Shown: one piece after another, positions 58,518-64,000 of the stretch
Layout of the letters: the number at the start of each line of letters is the position of its first letter
Position numbering within the stretch: the first letter of the stretch is position 1
Virus record (IMG/VR): IMGVR_UViG_3300039310_000050
Span: 1-64,000 of that record
From: a virus
Reading direction: 5' to 3' (one strand)
Length of the DNA stretch: 64,000 nt
The notes under the pieces: generated by a model
Databases searched by the model: none
What the model saw: the letters and a program-made list of their open reading frames with translations, nothing else
What the model was told of the DNA's origin: nothing
Made by a program: the position numbers and the translations under genes

Positions 58518-59702
58518 TTACATATCCTTCTTATCCCGAAATCCAAGTGCCCTTGGAAACCTTGGAATACCATCTGCTGTTAAATTTTGAAATGCTACTT
58601 TCACCAACTTACCAATATATTTCTTTCCATCTCGGTAATATTCTTCACGTTTTGCCGCCGATGCTTTAGGTGTAGCTTTAAATCTCTTATGATCTTTTGT
58701 TTCACAAATCCAAATGGCTGAATTAGCCATTTTACCAACACCATGTTCGAAATCAACTACCTTATATTCTGCATCTTGGAAAGATTTTACTTTTTGAATA
58801 TCGCTTGATCGGTGGCCAAATAAATATTCACCATCCCAATTACGGACAATACATCCTTCATATCCTTGTTCCACAAATGTTTTTTCAAAATCAAAAATTT
58901 CATCATATTCATATGTAGGTTGTAAACATGCACTACAAACTCCTGCATAATATTTTGGTAATTTAACTACTTGATTTACAATATAAGTTGGTACTAAAAC
59001 CAAATATGCACTTTCATATTTTGGACTAGTAGGGTTTAATTTATGAAAAAATGCTTCAAGATTTTTCAAGCGATTCTTCCAAATATCACGTTTCCCCAAT
59101 TCATTAATTGGCATATCAAATACATGATATTCTAATTGTTCTGTTTCACCTTCATGATATTTCTTTGCCCATGAAGTAAGAGATTCAAAATCAACTCCAT
59201 GAACATATAATTCACCATCCAGAACCATTTCTTGTGGCATTACTTTTTCAAGTTCTTCAATAATATGTTTAGGAGCCGTCCATTCTTTACCACCGCGAGT
59301 CCCTAATACTACACGGCCATCTTCCCAATATGCCATTGCACGAACACCATCCAATTTTGGTTGGAGGTCACATGGATAAACGATTCCGCGGCCTTTCTTT
59401 TTATGAAAATCGTGTGCCAACATAGGTAAAAAGATTTCTTCTTTAGCACCTTCTTTAGTTTCAGAATATTTTCGTTCCCGTTTAAAAGTCCACATTGCTT
59501 GAGCTTCCAAAATTGCTTGTTCTTCCGCAGTTGTGGCATTTGCTTTACCAAAATTTTTTGGAGTAGCTTTTTTGGGTGAAAGTTGTAATTTACCACCAAT
59601 TTGTCCATGGCGGGTAATAATAGTATCACCTTCTGTCCAAATATCCCATTGAACTAAAGCTCCCGTTTTACTTTTATGATATAATGTTGGAAATGTTTTC
59701 AT
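58518..59702 (-). CDS. ATP-dependent DNA ligase
   Basis: PMLAH, QPKLDGVRA, LDGELY, VFD, GYEGCIVR, KVK, GIPRFP. Confidence 0.93.
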   Translation of the reverse strand: MKTFPTLYHKSKTGALVQWDIWTEGDTIITRHGQIGGKLQLSPKKATPKNFGKANATTAEEQAILEAQAMWTFKRERKYSETKEGAKEEIFLPMLAHDFHKKKGRGIVYPCDLQPKLDGVRAMAYWEDGRVVLGTRGGKEWTAPKHIIEELEKVMPQEMVLDGELYVHGVDFESLTSWAKKYHEGETEQLEYHVFDMPINELGKRDIWKNRLKNLEAFFHKLNPTSPKYESAYLVLVPTYIVNQVVKLPKYYAGVCSACLQPTYEYDEIFDFEKTFVEQGYEGCIVRNWDGEYLFGHRSSDIQKVKSFQDAEYKVVDFEHGVGKMANSAIWICETKDHKRFKATPKASAAKREEYYRDGKKYIGKLVKVAFQNLTADGIPRFPRALGFRDKKDM

Positions 59703-59906
59703 TTTAAAATCCTTGTGAACGGTCATATGCAGCTTCCGCTTGAGCGGCCTTTTTTTCCGACCAATTAACCTCAGCATCAAGGAAAACATTATACTGTTCA
59801 TTTTCAGGCAAATCGTAAAAATCTACACCAAAACGTTCTTCAGCAAGACGTTCTGCTTCCATTTGAATTTCATATTTATAGTCTGACATATTCAACCTCA
59901 ATTACA

Positions 59907-59935
59907 ATTATAGCGTATGTAAGGCCGCTTGTCAA
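59907..59935 (-). promoter_or_regulatory. sigma70-type early promoter
   Basis: TTGACA-17-TATAAT. Confidence 0.8.
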
Positions 59936-59947
59936 GTGATTTTTAAA

Positions 59948-60051
59948 GACGCCTAGTGGATTCTTTGCTCACGCGAAAGAACCCTGTAAGGAGGCGAGAT
60001 GATCTTGCTCAAGGACCATCTTCTTGTGGTATGCTAGGCGTACCCATACCA
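59948..60051 (-). ncRNA. candidate pseudoknotted small RNA 3' of tRNA-Thr
   Basis: Two crossing 7-8 bp helices plus two hairpins sharing a TGAGCAA motif. Confidence 0.55.
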
Positions 60052-60054
60052 AAC

Positions 60055-60131
60055 TGGAGCCGCGGGGGAGAATCGAACTCCCTCTCTGTTGATTACAGGT
60101 CAACCGCTTTCCCGGATTAAGCTACCGTGGC
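60055..60131 (-). tRNA. tRNA-Thr(TGT), C33 variant
   Basis: GTTGA-CCTGTAA-TCAAC; GCC/GGC acceptor; CCA end. Confidence 0.85.
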
Positions 60132-60203
60132 TAATAACTTTTTCCTTTTATTTTAAAAATAAATCTCCTTCCCTTACCTTTTGTATTTAAAGATCCGAAA
60201 TTA

Positions 60204-60279
60204 TGGCGGGACCGAACGGATTCGAACCGTCAACATCTTGCTCGACAGGCAAGAACTCTAACCATTGAGCTACGGTCCC
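60204..60279 (-). tRNA. tRNA-Asp(GTC)
   Basis: CTTGC-CTGTCGA-GCAAG; G73; CCA end. Confidence 0.94.
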
Positions 60280-60503
60280 TAAACTTTCTTTTTCGGATAA
60301 TCATTCACATAAAATCCAGGGCCCACAAATTTCAATGCGGAAGTAGAAACTTTCCGTTCCAAGTGGCCGCGGCATCTACTTTCTGTCAATTCATAATTTT
60401 CTGCTAAATCACCGTGGGTCAAAACTCTGGCTTCTTCATCCATCTTTTGGAAGATTTCAAAAGTCTTTCCGCATTCACTACACACGTAATCGTAATATGG
60501 CAT
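60279..60503 (-). CDS. FmdB-family zinc-ribbon protein
   Basis: MPYYDYVCSECGKTFE...FVGPGFYVNDY. Confidence 0.8.
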   Translation of the reverse strand: MPYYDYVCSECGKTFEIFQKMDEEARVLTHGDLAENYELTESRCRGHLERKVSTSALKFVGPGFYVNDYPKKKV

Positions 60504-60510
60504 AAAAATC

Positions 60511-61293
60511 CTAATGGTCTTTTTCACCCTGTGTAGCCGCAGGTAATGGAGCATCTGGATCCGATTGATACCATTTATATTTTCCATCTTTTAATAATTT
60601 TCGAAATTTAATTAAACGCGATACTGGCATAGCAATCATACTTGTTTGTGCTACAGTACCAACTATAAAAGCACAAATAGCATGTTGATTCAAACAAATA
60701 ACCGATGAACCACTTGATCCACCATTTATACCAAATTCTTGTAATAATATAGTTCCAGTCCATTGAATGGCATCATCAACAATAGGACGATCAACACTTG
60801 TACTAGAAACAGACCCTAAAAACACTTGTTTACCAATTCCTAATGGACCACCAACATTAATTACTTCATCTAATAAATTAGGATCTTCACCTAATGGAAT
60901 AATAGGAAAACTAAAAGTTTTATCAACTGTTAATAAGAAAAAATCATCACCTTTAGTCCTATATCCGCAACCTTTAGGAATTGCTTTTAAATAAACTTTA
61001 TCCCCAGGAATATCTGGAGATATAAAGAAAAATGTTTTTTCTGGTGTAACTGTCTTTTTTTCCGAATCATCTATACAACCACAATGAGCGGCTGTAACAA
61101 ATGTATATGTAGTTTTATCTTCATCAATAGCTGTAGCGGTGCATTTCATTTCCATTGTACCTTGTGCTGTTTGAGCATATAATAATGTTGTAGCTGGCCA
61201 TAATACTTTATTCACATATAATTTATCGGCATTCGATAACTGTCCGAATATTAATGTTGAAAACATCAACGAAAGAACTATTAATTTCGTCAT
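60511..61293 (-). CDS. secreted trypsin-like serine protease
   Basis: Signal peptide; TAAHC; DF; GGSSGS. Confidence 0.8.
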   Translation of the reverse strand: MTKLIVLSLMFSTLIFGQLSNADKLYVNKVLWPATTLLYAQTAQGTMEMKCTATAIDEDKTTYTFVTAAHCGCIDDSEKKTVTPEKTFFFISPDIPGDKVYLKAIPKGCGYRTKGDDFFLLTVDKTFSFPIIPLGEDPNLLDEVINVGGPLGIGKQVFLGSVSSTSVDRPIVDDAIQWTGTILLQEFGINGGSSGSSVICLNQHAICAFIVGTVAQTSMIAMPVSRLIKFRKLLKDGKYKWYQSDPDAPLPAATQGEKDH

Positions 61294-61655
61294 CCAATTT
61301 CCTTAATTTAAATTTTAATCTCCTTTTCTTGGATCTTCTTTACTAGCATTTTTAATTTCTATTTCTGTTAATTTTACAGTTAATTCATTTTCATCCATTG
61401 CTTCAAAAAGAGCCATTTCAATAGCAATACCACCCTCTTCTTTTATAGTGGCTGCCCGTTTATTAATTCCGTGTGATACTAATAAATGATCTTTTTCCTT
61501 ATCAGATAATTGATTCATTTGTTTTACAAATTTAAGTGTATTTAATAATGTATGTTGCATACTTATAACCATTCTCTTCCATAATCTTGTTCTTGATCAT
61601 ATCTTATTAATCTTTCAACAAAATCTTTTATTTTCATGATATTTCCTTTAATCTT

Positions 61656-61731
61656 TGGAGGGACGTCAGAGAGTTGAACTCTATCTAATGGTTCCACAGA
61701 CCATCGTGCTTACCGGCAACACTTCCGTCCC
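61656..61731 (-). tRNA. tRNA-His(GTG)
   Basis: ATGGT-CTGTGGA-ACCAT; CCA end. Confidence 0.85.
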
Positions 61732-61823
61732 TGGTGTAAGGTAATGGATTTGAACCACTGAGGCCTCCGAAGAGACAAAGGAGCTACAGCCCTTCGCATT
61801 CAACCGAACTCTGCCAACCTTAC
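61732..61823 (-). tRNA. tRNA-Tyr(GTA)
   Basis: AAGGG-CTGTAGC-TCCTT; long variable arm; CCA end. Confidence 0.9.
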
Positions 61824-61827
61824 AAAA

Positions 61828-62208
61828 TTATTCTGCTTTATCTACTTTATTTAAACTTTCCACTTCTGTTCTTGGACGGCAAGCCTCACAAGTTAAAGAA
61901 TTTAATTCTTTAAGTAATTCCGAATTACGATCATAAAGAAAATTAATATCCTCAATCAAATTGTCTACTGCTAAATCAGTTTCCTTAACTCTATCCATTA
62001 AATCCTTTTCAACTTCTTCTAAGGATTCAACTTGTTCAAATAACTCATCATTTTCTTCTTCTAAGTTTTCAACCATTTCATTAGCTTCGTCCAAAGAATA
62101 TTCTAAGTCACGATAGGCTTCATCTAAATCAAAATTTTCTCTTAACAACTCTTTATTATTTTCTTTTAATTCTTTTACTAATTCTTTTAATTGTTTAACC
62201 GTTTTCAT
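61828..62208 (-). CDS. acidic coiled-coil protein
   Basis: Heptad-rich Glu/Leu sequence. Confidence 0.65.
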   Translation of the reverse strand: MKTVKQLKELVKELKENNKELLRENFDLDEAYRDLEYSLDEANEMVENLEEENDELFEQVESLEEVEKDLMDRVKETDLAVDNLIEDINFLYDRNSELLKELNSLTCEACRPRTEVESLNKVDKAE

Positions 62209-62228
62209 AATTATCCTCATTTCTAATT

Positions 62229-62306
62229 TGGACCACCAGGAGGGACTTGAACCCTCTAAGACCAGTTTTGCAGACCTAGCGCCTCGACCACCTCGGCATC
62301 TAGTGA
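62229..62306 (-). tRNA. tRNA-Cys(GCA), imperfect stems
   Basis: CTGCAAA loop; U73; CCA end; bulged anticodon stem. Confidence 0.75.
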
Positions 62307-62309
62307 ATT

Positions 62310-62384
62310 TGGTGGACCCGCCGAGACTCGAACTCGGAACTCAACCTTGCAAAGGTCATATTTTCCCATTAAAACTACAAGCCC
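62310..62384 (-). tRNA. tRNA-Ala(TGC)
   Basis: TGACC-TTTGCAA-GGTTG; G3.U70; CCA end. Confidence 0.93.
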
Positions 62385-62493
62385 AATTTTCTTTCTTCAT
62401 ACCACTGTTTTCTGTGGCAATTAGCACAAAGAACATCACTCTAAACCATCGTTTTCTATCTTCTGGATTTTTAAATGCCATTTCTTTTAAAAT

Positions 62494-62569
62494 TGGTAGT
62501 GGATTAGGGAATCGAACCCTACTAAACTTGCTTGTAGAGCAAGTGCCTCAACCAGCCGGCCCATCCACT
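62494..62569 (-). tRNA. tRNA-Val(TAC), C33 variant
   Basis: CTTGC-TCTACAA-GCAAG; A73; CCA end. Confidence 0.8.
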
Positions 62570-62928
62570 AAACTACATCCGGATCAACTGGCGCCACTAC
62601 CACGCGGGCCGCGCTATCCAAATAACCATATGCTGTAGCCGTCCATTCACGGCTTGGAACAACCCGCAAAGTATGAGTACCCTTTTCAGTACCTTCTCTA
62701 ATTGTTGCCTTATGTTGTTTGGGGATTCTATCCCAACACTTTGAGCAAAACAAATTCTTACCAGATGCCATATTCTTACACTTCGGATAATCAAAACATC
62801 TATGAACACTACCAACCTTTTTCTTGGTTTTAGTAGCACGCCGGATAGCATCCTGGCATTCACTACATTTTTGATCGTTTCTTCCGATACTTGAGCAACC
62901 TGAACACATAAATTTTCAACCTCAATTC

Positions 62929-62957
62929 ATTGTAACACAATTTATTTAGAATGTCAA
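62929..62957 (-). promoter_or_regulatory. sigma70-type early promoter
   Basis: TTGACA-17-TACAAT with TG. Confidence 0.75.
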
Positions 62958-62980
62958 GGGGAATTTTAATTCCCCTATAT

Positions 62981-63163
62981 TTAAATCAACAAAATCAATT
63001 TGGGTAATAACCACGCGAATAACCAAATTAATAACCCAATAACCAAAATAAAATTAATAACTACTCGAATTCTTTGGTCCATCGTCAAAGTACCCAATAA
63101 ATACCACGCAAGACCAACAAAGGCAAGAACTATACAAGACACAAAAATTAAATGAAGAAGCAT
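62981..63163 (-). CDS. small two-TM membrane protein
   Basis: Two hydrophobic helices; AAGGAG SD; late promoter at 63212-63219. Confidence 0.7.
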   Translation of the reverse strand: MLLHLIFVSCIVLAFVGLAWYLLGTLTMDQRIRVVINFILVIGLLIWLFAWLLPKLILLI

Positions 63164-63222
63164 AAGATATCTTACTCCTTTCTGGAGATACAGACACTTA
63201 TCTCATGTTAGTATTTATATTT

Positions 63223-63297
63223 TGGTAGCGGGTGGGGGTATCGATCCCCACTCTATGGCTTATGAGACCATCGTGACACCTGTTCACTTCACCCGCA
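63223..63297 (-). tRNA. tRNA-Met(CAT), initiator-like 1:72 mismatch
   Basis: ATGGT-CTCATAA-GCCAT; U1:U72; CCA end. Confidence 0.8.
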
Positions 63298-63306
63298 TCA
63301 ACCGTT

Positions 63307-63744
63307 TTAAATAATAACTATAAATCTATCATCCAAAAATTTTAAATGTGGTTTTACATCTTCCCACTTTAAACCACCATTTCCACAACCGACTTTAGGT
63401 AAATAAATTTCATTAATTCTCATTTCATTTACTAAATTTAAAAGTTCTTCTCCACTTTTAATAATTAATGATAAAATTGATTTTTCCCACCATTTATCTT
63501 TAGTTGGAAATGTAAATATATTAAATTCTTTCCAGTAATGGGTTCTATTACCATAATTTTGAATAAATTGGCCTAACATTTTTGATAAATTGGGGAAAGT
63601 ATTTTTAGCTTTAAGAGCAACCCCTTTCCCCATTACAGCATTATCATTTTTATTTAACCAATTATTTACAGTAATTATAATCGGATACCCAAGTTTATGT
63701 ACCGTCCATAAATTATAAACTAAACTTTCTTTTATTTCAACCAT
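63307..63744 (-). CDS. macrodomain (ADP-ribosylhydrolase-like) protein
   Basis: VMGKGVAL, FPTK..W, LPKVGCGNGGLKW. Confidence 0.85.
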   Translation of the reverse strand: MVEIKESLVYNLWTVHKLGYPIIITVNNWLNKNDNAVMGKGVALKAKNTFPNLSKMLGQFIQNYGNRTHYWKEFNIFTFPTKDKWWEKSILSLIIKSGEELLNLVNEMRINEIYLPKVGCGNGGLKWEDVKPHLKFLDDRFIVII

Positions 63745-64000
63745 TTTTATTTATCAAGTTAGCAACCGCTTGTTCATCTAATGGTTCAATCAAAAAACTT
63801 TTACCACGAGAATAATAACCAGACATTACTTCACGGGCTGATTCTGTTATAATAGTGTGGGTTGATACTGCTTCCTCAAGTGCCCTAGTTAAAGAAAGAA
63901 CACGTCCCGTTTCTTTTTTATAATTATCAACTGGATGCGTAAATGCTTTTCCAAAAAATTCTACTTCTGGAAGTGTAGGATGTTCTTCCATATATCCAAC

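Noticed and set aside
62494-62569. Amber suppressor (CTA) reading of the TCTACAA loop, implying TAG recoding
   Set aside because: The 5-bp stem and 7-nt loop place TAC at 34-36, and core genes are full length under code 11, with gp32 ending naturally at TAG.
62228-62638. 136-aa + strand ORF, and similar ORFs at 14569, 54059 and 57073
   Set aside because: They are antisense to tRNA genes and therefore spurious.

Overview
This 64-kb window comes from an AT-rich T4-superfamily (large myovirus) phage genome, with most genes on the minus strand. It holds a baseplate/tail block (gp27-like hub, gp53, gp48, gp4, gp2, gp54, gp26, gp51, and a tape measure with a lysozyme domain). It also holds replication and late-transcription genes (gp32, gp59, gp33, RNase H, gp61 primase, gp41 helicase, UvsX, gp43 polymerase, DNA ligase) and nucleotide-metabolism genes (class II RNR, dUTPase, MazG, HD hydrolase, DUF5664-like diphosphohydrolase). 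Six homing endonucleases plus several remnants, 14 tRNA genes, many sigma70-type early promoters and T4 late promoters (TATAAATA) are present. Four observations stand out. (1) A circularly permuted, two-piece tmRNA gene has tag ADETFDYLPMAA. (2) The nrdJ gene is fractured: its halves carry a naturally split intein (KPSG|C...HN|T) separated by an HNH endonuclease. (3) An in-frame U-UUU-UUA slippery site would fuse gp26 to gp51 by -1 frameshifting, as lambda G/GT do. (4) Several unexplained structured non-coding elements occur, along with tRNAs carrying non-canonical C33 anticodon loops. All family assignments come from motif recognition by eye; no database search was run.
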